Shown here piece by piece: positions 38,369 through 50,300 of a stretch of DNA of 64,000 nucleotides. The stretch is taken from the NCBI GenBank assembly GCA_964247055.1, contig OZ176057.1, positions 4,898,001 through 4,962,000 on the forward strand, read 5' to 3'. Every line of letters starts with the position of its first letter. Position 1 is the first letter of the stretch. Under the pieces are notes generated by a model, which ran no database searches, had not been told where the DNA came from, and saw nothing but the letters and a program-made list of their open reading frames with translations. This DNA comes from Paragordius varius. Lineage: Eukaryota > Animalia > Nematomorpha. Both the position numbers and the translations under genes were made by a program.

Positions 38369-41300
38369 TCGATTTAAAAACCAATTAAGCAAAATTTAAT
38401 TAAATATTTATCCCTTTATGTTATATCCTTAACCTGACATTCTAGGTAGGGAGTTTGGTATTGGAGGTGATATAACGCCATTTACAGCAAACATTTAAAA
38501 TAATACAGTAAAATTTGAAATTATGCATACAAAATGTAAAAACATAAAAGACAAGTAATTTTTCAATTGGCGGCTCTACCTTTTTAACCATGGTATTTGC
38601 TCTAAACTGCAAATCAAGAAATCAATCAACTATATATTTTACAATTGTTATAAAATATTTTAGGGAGAAATCAAGATTCAAAAAGGTATGGTCTTTTGGT
38701 AAAGTGTATATTTATTTAAAGTTTATAAAAAACAAAAAAAAGAAAAAAATGGCTGACACGAATTGGTAGTTAGATTGTGTCTTTTATTTAATTTTAAAAT
38801 TTGTTAATAAAATACGACAACATTGAAAATTGCTAGTAGTGAAAAATATAGTATATAATATAAGGATTTAGATGAATTAAAAGTTAAATAAAAGTATTAA
38901 TTCATGCAATTTGTTTTATATGTTTATTTAAATACTTTTTTTGTAAACTTTTTATCGTAAATATTTACTAAATAATAAATGTAATATTTTAGGATCTAAA
39001 TCAGATTTGATTACATTTATATAGTAGTGTCAAAATTCGAATTAAAATTTATTCAAAAAATTTAGTTAAATATCTAATTTATCTGATAGGATTTAGGGTA
39101 CTTTACATTTGGAACAATAAATCCCAAAAAATTTTCATATGGGTCATATAAAAAATTTTATGTTAGTTATTAAAATATTATATAATAAAATATAATATAT
39201 AATACAAATGAAAAAGTTGTGCGCCTCTCATATGATATATCAAAATATAAAACTATACAATTTTTGAACTTTTAAATTTAGATTTATCTTTTATTTTAAA
39301 AATTGAAATTGGCATAATTTCTAATACCCAAGCACTCCAGTGCTCAAAAAATGGGCTTGACCGAAGCACTAATATTTTAACTTTTTTTATGTCGAATCGT
39401 TGTGTAAATAGTGTTTTAGTTATGAAATATAAAATAGTCTTGGAAAGCTGGTATAAACAATTTCGTGCCTTAATAGTTTTTAAGTATTATAAAGTAGATG
39501 TTTTAATATAATGCAAACATTTGAAATTTAAATAAATAATTTCATTAAAATTATAATTAAAACCTATATTTTCTAATTTGATTTTTCAATAAAAATCCAA
39601 ACTAATAATATGGAATGGTTTCCATTTATCCATGCAAATTGTGGTAAAAAAATTATTTTAAATGTTAGAGATGTAAAATGATCATATGTTACTTTTGTAG
39701 TTAAACTTAAAGCCTTAGAATTGAGCCTTTTTATAGAGATTAGAAAATTATTGCCTATGTTGTAATAAGTAAATTATAATAGGGCTCATATCCTATTAGG
39801 AAAATTTGAGAGTTTTGTTTTTAAAAAAAAATAACAAAATTTTTATAATTAACGCCCGAGACCCTTAAATTAGACACCTCTGATTAAACTTTTGAATATT
39901 AATTAAAAAAATTAATCACTCATGAATCCGCCTCCACATTATAATTTACTTTTAATATTGTCAGTATCAAATAAATTCCTGACGTTGCCTTGATTAAAAT
40001 TTTTGTTACGTTGAGTAAGTACACATTGATAGAAAGTTATTAATTTTTGCCAAATAGCATATAAAGGGCAGTTATTGGCTTATAGTTATTTTTTTCATTT
40101 TTACTATTAGCCCATAATTTCTTGCTGCATATTCTATTTGGCAATAATTAATAACTTTCTAGCAATATATACTTACTTGTGCTGTATAACTATTCGCATA
40201 TAACCACATTTTAGAGAATATACAATATGCATATTAATGTTGCTTATTTCACACTTAATAAGGCTTAACACAGTAGTGTATGGAAAAAACAACAAATTTG
40301 AATAAAATGAACAAAGTAATGTAAGAAAGGAAAAAATATTAATTCAACTTGTTTTTTTCATACTGTGTTGCAAATTGCCCAACTCTAGTGTGAAATAAGC
40401 AACCATTAAAATGCATATTGAAATTCTCTCTCCTATTCAATATAACAAAAAAATTTCCAAAAATTTTGATAAAATGTAGAAATATTACGTCTAGGAGGTG
40501 GAACTGTTCGCAAGGGTGGTATAGCTGTAGGACCTATTTTTATATATAATATATTTGAGATATTTGATGGTAATCATGTTTTGGGGTTGAAATATTGTAA
40601 GAAAATATTATATCTGGAGAGAGAGACTATCAGTATCTACAAAAAAGCACTTATATGGGTAGTTTTATATCCCAGAACAATTCGAAATTAGAATTAAGGT
40701 GATAAACTGACAATATATGCCTTCAGCAATTTAGTTTTACAACTAAAAATGTAAAATTGCTTCTCAAACTTTTGTGCATTTGTAATTAAATTTAACTAAA
40801 ATAACTTTCAAAATTATAGTTTATATACAAAACTGAGCTCTGGGATACAAAACTACCCCAATATTAAAAAACAGTCTTAATAACACGTTAAATATCATTG
40901 CGACGTTTATGAATTTTTTGCGAAATCTTTTATAAACGAGGTCCTTTTCGTCTGTGACATTTATTGGATAAAAAAATTTGGATCTTTGAAAATCAAACCT
41001 TGTTCTCATGTATAATTTAAAAAAGCTTATATTTCCATTTTTTCTAAAATACAAAATTGCGGCAGCTTCTAAACACGATTAAAACGAACAGTTGAAAACA
41101 CATTTTAGGTAGTATCTGCATTTTAATGTTGCTTATTTCACACTATAATAGGGCAATTTGCACATAATGTATGGAAATCCTGAACAAAATGAACAAAATA
41201 ATGTAAGAAAGGATAAAAATGTTAATTCAACATTGTGTTTTTCATACTTTTTTGCAAATTGCCCAACTCTAGTGTGAAACAAGAAACCATTAAAATGCAA

Positions 41301-42783
41301 ACTGTAATTCTCTCCCCCATTTATATAAAACCAAAAATAAATTTCCAAAAATCTTGATAAAAAAACCTACTTATAGAAATAATACGTCTAGGAGGTGGAG
41401 ATGTTGACAAGGGTGGTATAACTCTAGGACCTATTTCTATATATAATATATTCGATATATTTGATGATAATATGTTTTGGGTTGAAATATTGTAAGAAAA
41501 TATTATATCTGGAGAGAGAGAGAGACTATCAGTTTCTACAAAAAAGCATTTAGGAGTTTTAATAAAATTGTGTAGTTGAGTGTATTATTATCATACATTT
41601 TTCTATCTCGCACTGAAATCGATTGGTTATAATTAAATTTAATATTTAAGTCTAAAAATATTAAGGCTTAAGTTTTCACATTTTATTTTTAAATTTATGT
41701 GCCATAACAAATTTGATTTTGGTTAATTAATGAATATATGAAATAAGTTAGCTTTCTGTGAAAAGTTAACACTTCATTACCTTTTGAGGTAGATATCCCA
41801 GAACGATTTAAAATTTGAATATCTTAAAAATATAAGGTAATAAACAAACCTAGGATTTCTTTAGCCTTTTAGGCGCGTTATACGATTTTTTTAAATGTAA
41901 ATTTGCAAAATAATCCTAATCTCAAACTTTTGTGCCGCCATTGTTTTTTATATTTTTTTCAATCATAATGCAACAATAAAATAAATTTATAATTAATAAT
42001 AGATGTGATATATTTTGTTTTATATCAGCTGTTCGTTACAATCGTGTTTTAGACTTTATAAAAGTCAAAATACTGTATATTGCCTAAAATAACTTTCAAA
42101 ACTATAGTTTGGATTAAAAATCAGCCATAAATTACCCCCTACTATGTGAAATGGTTATAAAGTGTTAATAACACGTTAAATATCTTGTCTCATTATATAT
42201 CTATATAGTCATTGAACAAATTGAAATTATTATTTGAAAAATACAACTTTAAATAAGTATAAAAATTTGTTTTAAGCATTTAAAGCAATATGCATATTAA
42301 TCTTTTTAAATACGGCATTGACATATATTGGATTAAAAAAAATTTTGATCTTTGAAAGTCAAACATTGTTCTCTAGTATTAGTTAAAAAGGGTTATATTT
42401 TTTCCAGTTTTGCATATTTAAAATTCAATTTTGGGCAGCTTCAAAACACGATTAAAACGAGCAGCTGATATTAAAACCATAATAAAGCAGGTTTTTGCTG
42501 GTTTTACCCTAAAAGCTTCTTAAAATTAATTATATATATTCTCTAACCATATAATACATTTATGCCTGTTTCATAAAAACATTCAAAAAAATAAAAAAAT
42601 GGCAACAAAAAGTTTGATATGTTAATTTTTTACAATTTTACATTTTTTTTATAAAAATTTATATAATCCGCCTAAAAGGCTAAAAGAAAGCATATTAAAT
42701 GGGGCTAATAACTTGAATACTTAAGATATTGAAATTATCGTTTGGGACATATAGCCAAAAAGGTAATGGAGTTTTATTAACAT

Positions 42784-42816
<33 letters not shown>

Positions 42817-44052
42817 TATATTTAATACAAAAATTTATATAATATCCTAAAATAGATATGCTATATTAAAGCTTAAATTTTAATTGGTAGAAATTGGAGG
42901 AAATAACACTAATTGGATTATGAGTTATGAGCGTTAAATAAATAAAATTAAACTTTAAATATATATTATGATATTTTACATGTCCAGAATATAATTATTA
43001 AATTTTATATTTATATACCATTTAGAGTTCAAATTGTCCTAAAAACCATTAGTGTATTTAATTAATATAAATCATTGAAGCCGAGTATACTTATCAGTAT
43101 TTTGATTTAAATGAAATTTCATTTTACAAAAATATATAAAATATAGGTAATCTTAAAACACACATAATTTATTTGAGGGTGAATTTGAATTGTTCAAGGG
43201 TGAATTTAAATGGATAATGATATATTAATAATATTTGATAAAAAAATGATATTAATTTGTATATTTTTTATTAATCGGCTTATTTTAGAAAGGGTCGGTC
43301 CATTGTGCAAATAATTTTGTTAAAAGACCCATTTTTTTGTTAAAAATAATATATTTGCAAATTTATAATTCTTTTTTGTATTCCTATCATCTAAAAACTA
43401 CCTGAAAAAGAGATTCTTCGTGAAGGTCGTGTAGTTGAGAGTGGTAAAATAGCTGTCCACAGGTATAAAAAAAATTAAATTAACAACGTAAAAATATTGG
43501 AAAACTTTTTTTCAATAATAAAATTATTTTGATTTTTGTTTACTCCTTGGTTTTACTGGGAGCCGTGGTTTTGAAGTCGTTTTTGGTGGTTCTATAAAAA
43601 ATACAGTAAAATTTAAAATTATACGGACAAAACGTAAAATTTAAAAATAAATATTTTTTTTAGAAAAAAACCATACTTTTAAACCCTACTATTCTTGTAT
43701 AAGCTATTTAGTTACAATATATAAAATTGTTTGATTATAAATTGTTTTTAATTTAACTAAAACATTTTGTTCATGGTGACTATACCATTGAAAATTGATA
43801 AATATTTATAGTACCTAATATTTGACATTCATCAATTTATAAAATGAAATTAGACCTTAAATTAATGGTTATAGGATTTAGCATATAAAATATATGTATA
43901 TGCCGGCGTTCCCATATGAATGATATAAGTCCATAAATGCTTAACATATTTTTTCCTAAATTTGTTTAATTTTTTTTATATTATTTCTAAATTTTTTAAA
44001 AAGAATAACTTCGTTCAGCTTAGATAGGCAAACATAAAATATTTTTATGTTT

Positions 44053-44091
<39 letters not shown>

Positions 44092-47000
44092 CAATGAAGA
44101 TATAAAAATATTTCATAAAATAATTTTTTCAAATCGTTTAATTATTATTTGTGCATCTCAAAATCACATGTTTTAAAAGAGCATGTTGGAAAGCCAATGT
44201 GCAAATACCGTTTTTAGACAAAACAAATGCTTTATTCCTGAATTCTTGTTGGAAAATTTTTAATAAATTTTAAGGTTTTTTTACGATTTGTCCTTTGCAT
44301 TTTAAACGCATATTTTTACATTATCAATGTCGAAGCTTATTCCTGAGTAAATTAGAAATTATATTTTATTATTAATGAATAAGTATTAGTATATTACACA
44401 AATAGCCGGCTCTGCTTAAAATTTATTTTAAGTTAATTTTCTTTATGTGCAAAGATATCCCAAAATTTTTCGGATTCTAAAAGCTGGGTTACCCTCAAAA
44501 TATGACAAATTAAATAAAGCTTTTGACACCAAATTTTGCAAACTATGATCCATACAATGTAAATTTTTAAATATTTTCCCACAAATACATTCATAAAATA
44601 AATTTAATTAATCTGCTTTTAATGATAATACCATATATATCGATAAACTTGTAAAAGTATATTTAAAAAAATCTTTTAAAATCTGCTTTATATTTTATGT
44701 GTTCATCGACATATTAATTAAAAAATTGCATAATCATTACATATATATATTCATTCCTTTGAGTAATATAATAAATGTACTCTTTTCTAATGCACCTTCC
44801 TCAAAGGCATAGCTATATAGGGGGAAAGGGGGCTGATGCACCAGGCGCCATAGTTGAAGGGGCGCCGAATTTTAAATAATTATTAATTTTATTTCAAAAA
44901 ATAGATATTTAAAAGTTTGATATAAAATCATCCATTTATGAGTGATCATGACCACGGTTAAAATTTAATTAATTTTTTATAATCCAAGGGGTCGCATGGA
45001 CGGGAGGGAGTGCTAGAAATGCAAGCAACACTTCTGCACTTCCTTTCTTTTATTCTTAAATGCTACGAATTCCCAATAGAAATTTTATATATCGACAAAC
45101 GTATTATACACCATATCGGAACAAACTCTAAACAAGTGCATGGTCAAACCTCACTTTGTTAAAAAACTAAAATGTTTTTGGATTCCGATATTTTTTTAAA
45201 CTATTAGCGGCATTAAATAAATATTATGGAATCTCGTAGATTGTAAATCATTTAAAATATAGATGAGAATCAGTGAAAATGGATTTAATGATGCTTAAAA
45301 AATGTATAATATTTTAAATAATAAATATATCATTTAAACCTTAAATTCAGCCTCAAACAATTAATTTGCCCTAAAATAAATTATGTGTTGTGAAACTTGA
45401 AAACTATATTTTACAACCTTAAAAAATTGTCATTAAATTATTATAATACAAATAAATAAACTATGACATAAAGATATATTTTATATTAATGATGAATTAT
45501 ATTAATCCGAAAACACAAATTTATTTTTAGGAAAATTCAAATTGTTGAAGGGTGATATTTTAATTATTAGAGGAATTTGAATTGCAATGGTGCAATACAA
45601 ACGCAGTAATCTCTTTATTATTGGTCAATCACAGACCTATTGAAAACACACAGTAGTGCAGAGTATGCATATTTTGCCCATAATCAAACATGCACACATT
45701 TAATGTTCATAGGAAGCAAACAATTGTTTAACATTCCAGTACCTTTTGGGGTAGTTTTATATCCCAAAGCGATTCTAAATTTGAAAATCTTAAATAGTTA
45801 AGCTATTAAGTTAAATTCAAAAAATGTTTAAAAAAATTCGAAAAAATAAAATTTTAAATAATCCACATCCAAACTTTTTTGCCGCCATTTCTATATATTT
45901 TTTTTAGAAAATGTAAATAATTAACTAAAATTTAAGGCTACATTTTACCGGCAAAACTCGAAATATATATCAGCTGTTCATTTCGGTCGTGTTATGGAGA
46001 AAATTCTAGCAGTCACAAAACTGTAAAAAATATAAGCTTTTTTATTTAATATATGAGTAAAATGTTTGATGATTGATTTTAACTAATTAAACTTCCAAAA
46101 CTGTTTATTTGCAAAATAGAGCTGTGTGATATAAAACTACCCCAAAAGGTAAACTAGGACAAAAGTCAAAACTTATGGAAATGCTAATTAAACTCATTTG
46201 TTGTTTTTTTTACTCATGCGTAACTGTATTGCCAATGGGTTAAATTTTGTAGCGGCCAACAATTAAGTAGGAACACTGTATATAAATTTAATATACGGAT
46301 GAAAAAAATCGAATATATGCATATGCTTTGAATAGCGATATTTATTCTATTAACGAATTTCATCAGTATTAAATATGTAAATACTGTATTAAAATATTTT
46401 TATATTATTATAAATTACTTAAAGGATGTCGCAAGTTTATTTGCGGCAAAAGCGTTGAGACAGACTTCACTAACGAAAGAAAGATGTCATTTATATTATT
46501 GTAAAAAATTTCATTTAAAATGGTATTTTTTGCTTTTTATGGATGTATATATATATATATATAAAGGAATTTAAAAAATTTTTTGGCACAGTTATCTTAG
46601 GGCCCTCTAATGACTTTTAGTCTACTCAAAATTTGCCCATGTGAATTGGACTTGCAAATAAGCCGGCATAGAGTATACCTTGAACACCTACTATTACGTT
46701 TTGGTATTTTTATAGCCCTCACAAATGGTAGCCTAAAATATTTCACATTAAACTTTTGAAATTTTCAGCACAAACAGCATTTGCTCAAGCAAATGCAACA
46801 TTTTTTCAACCAAACGCCATATTTTTCAAGCAATGACAACATATTTTCAAGCAAATGCAACATTTTATCAAGCAAAGACTAAAATATTCAAGCAAAAGCA
46901 ACATTTTCAACCAAATGCAACATTTTTTCATTTAAACAAAATTAAAAATATTGTTTCTTGTTGAGTTAAGTTAAAAATTGTTGCTTGAAAAAACTTTTTG

Positions 47001-47274
47001 CTTGAAGTAATTTTGTTTTTGCTTAAAAAAATGTTGTCTTTGCTTGAAAAATGGGGCGTTTGATTGAAAAAATGTTGTTTTTTGGTTTATTAACAAACTA
47101 ACTCGATCATTTCGCAAAGGTCTTAAGTACTCTGTAATTTTTGTGCTTATATATTTTTTTACATGAATCAATATTTCATATGGGCTCAAATAATTTACCA
47201 GAATTATAGAAATTATAAAGAGTTTTATATATAATACCTGGTGGTATTGGCTTGAGGGGACCTAGAAATATATA

Positions 47275-47306
<32 letters not shown>

Positions 47307-50300
47307 CAAGTATATTATATATACAGATATTTATTTTGACAATTATGTTTGAAATAATGATTTTAAATTAAAATTTTAATCATGTAGACTTTATAATTAA
47401 ATAATTATTAGGATTAAACGTATATAAATTGAGTTGACACATCAAAGGCAATTTTCTTCTTACTAAATAAATGCCATAATATTTCGATAAATAATTTCAC
47501 ACTCTGGTATTTTAATATGCTACGTAATTAATTTATAATTAATATAAAAATGATCCAATATTATATTTTATTAATTAAAATAAAAACCTAAAATATTGCG
47601 CCATATTTATTATAATTGTTATAATTTACATCCAAAGATCCAAATATAGGCTTTAATATTAACAATTTACAAAAGTTTGGGAATTGAATAAAACTTATTA
47701 TACCGGTAAAAAACGTAAAAATATAAAGACAATTTTTTAAGGACAACCCCTTACCTTTTCAAACCTTAATTTGTCCTAGAAAATTTGTTCAAAATATTTT
47801 CGTAAATACATTGATTGTGTTAATAATTTACAACTTTATTTTATAACAATGAGGTATAATACAAAATAATTAAGTTTAAAACATATAATTGTTTAGGAAA
47901 AAAAAATTTGTATTTATATTTTTACTTTTTGTCTGTATATCCATTTTTACTGTATATTTCTACCCCGTTAGTTAGGAGAGATGTATGAGGAAATAACTAT
48001 AACATTAGTAGCTTAATAATCAATAAATTTAAAAATATATGTTTTAAAGTTTATCGCTAAGTTATAAAGCGATCCTACTATTTTGAATTCGTATACTTTT
48101 TTAAAACTAAAAAATAGATATTAAAGATATGTTAAGGGACGTATTTGTTTCAGCCCTGAATAAGATTTATTATACTATAGGAATATATATAATATTGTGT
48201 TTAAATAGAATATTATTCTGTCTATTCCCATTACTAATTAGAGGATAATTTATGTAAAGGGACATTGTATAAATGCCAATATTACCAAATTTTACATTAA
48301 AAATAGAAATTTACGGACCAAATATAAAGATATAAATACAAATATTACTTTCTAAAAGACCATTATACTTTTTAAATCTTGATTTAATTAAATAAAACTT
48401 ATTATCAGTAATTGTTACGTATGGAATAGAGATGCATATAGGTAACATAATTAAACATATTTTACAATTTTTATTAAATTGTTTATTTTATAGGAAAAAA
48501 TAAGAAAATATGGTTTTCTTTTGAAAATATATTTGTCTATATTATTTTCTAGGTGTTGTCCTCGTATAATTTAAATTTTTACTGTACATTCTTTTAAAAT
48601 TTAATTTTAGATATCTGATGCTTTCTATTTTTCATAAATTAAACGCAACAATAATTAATGTTCTCGGCCATTATTATATTGCAAAATAATATTTCATCTA
48701 AAGTTTTACAGTAAAAATTAAAATTATATACCATTTACAGTTCAAATTCACCCTTAAACAATTCAAATTCACCCTCGAACAATTCAAATTCACCCTTGAA
48801 CAATTCAAATTCACCCTCGAACAATTCAAATTCACCTTCAAATAAATAACATGTTTTTTAAGATTAAAAATTACCTATATTTTAATATATTTTAAAAAAA
48901 TAAAATTTTGTTTTAAATTAAAATAATACTGAAAAAAATAATTAATTATGCCATAAAGGTATATTTTATATTAATAATGAGTTATATTAGTTCGAAAACA
49001 CATAATTTATTTTTAGGGTGAATTATGTTCTAGGGTGAATTTGAATTGTTCAAGGGTGAATTTGAATTGTTTAAGGGTGAATTTGAACTGTAAATGGTAT
49101 ATTAAGGACAAAAGGTAAAATTATAAAGACAAACTTTCTAAAGACACCCTTTTAAATTCTTTATTAATATAACTACTCATTGTTTAATATGGCAAAGTGT
49201 AGAGATTACTAGTAAAATCAATTCTATATCCTTTAATTGTAACTAAGTAGCTAATGTAGGAATAATATGGTTATCATAAAAATATTTATCTTGATATTTT
49301 TACATTTTGTTCGTATAATTATAATTTTTTTTGTTTGATAAATAACAGATGATTGAAAAGGTGCGTTTTCAGAAATTATTTTTCAGATTCTAAATGCTGA
49401 AGCCACAAAGTTTCGTATTCGAAATCATAAAAATTATTTTTACCTTAAATTTACACGATGTTAAGCACATTATCATAATATTAAAACAATTTTTTTGATT
49501 TTTTAATTTTATTTTTGACTATGGTGTTTTAAAGGCTCTGGATAAGGAATCTGTATTGCTATTTAATATCATCACAAATTTTATTTTGTAAAAAATCATT
49601 TTAATTGATAAAATAATAATTATGGAGGTCTATAAATAGACTTAACATAACTTAAAAAACAAATTGATGATAGTGTGACTAAATCATAATTATTAATATT
49701 AATATAATTTAATATTTTACACTACAGTTTATTATTTCAAATTCACCCTTAACACTCCATTACCCTTTGGGATATTTTATATATCAGAGGGATTCGAAAT
49801 TCGAATGCTTAAAAATAAGGTATTAAGCCGAATTTAAAATTATGCTTTCTTTAGCCTAGGCGTAAATACAAATTTTTTTAAAAAATTTTAAATTTTAATA
49901 AAATCCTCATCTCTAACTCTTTTTCCTCTATATTTTTTTTAAATTTTTTTAAAATGCTTATGTAACAGGGAAATAATTGTATATCATGGTTAGAACATGT
50001 ATTAATTTAACTTAAAAAAGTGTTAATTTTAATATCGGCTGTTTGTTTCAATCGTGTTTGTCCCAATTTTATAGAAGTCACAAAACTATAAAAACTTTTT
50101 AACTAATACATGATAACTATGTTTGATAATTAAATTATTAAAAACTGTAGAATATTTACAATTTGAGCTCTGGGTTTTAAAACTACTAAAGGTAAACTAA
50201 GACATAAAAGTAAGGTAATAGAGTGTTATACATTTTGAATTTACACCAATAATTGTGTTTGAGCTAATCTAAATATTATATCATTATTTTATTTATTATA

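Larger units (their letters stand above)
40225..42470. repeat. Local tandem segmental duplication (about 40225-41110 and 41115-42470)
   Basis: Same order of C MITE, unique exon-bearing segment (cgtctaggaggtgga...ggacctattt...ggagagagagactatcag) and J-derived sequence in both units. Confidence 0.85.

Noticed and set aside
40480-40690. Plus-strand open frame ILRLGGGTVRKGGIAVGPIFIYN...
   Set aside because: It is the antisense of the Pro-rich minus-strand exon; the duplicate copy is frameshifted in this reading, whereas minus-strand splice sites and length are preserved in both.
43890-44830. Additional exon-like islands (44244-44209, about 43945-43910, about 44335-44313, about 44812-44796)
   Set aside because: They need AAG acceptors, GC donors or break phase; not distinguishable from chance without RNA data.
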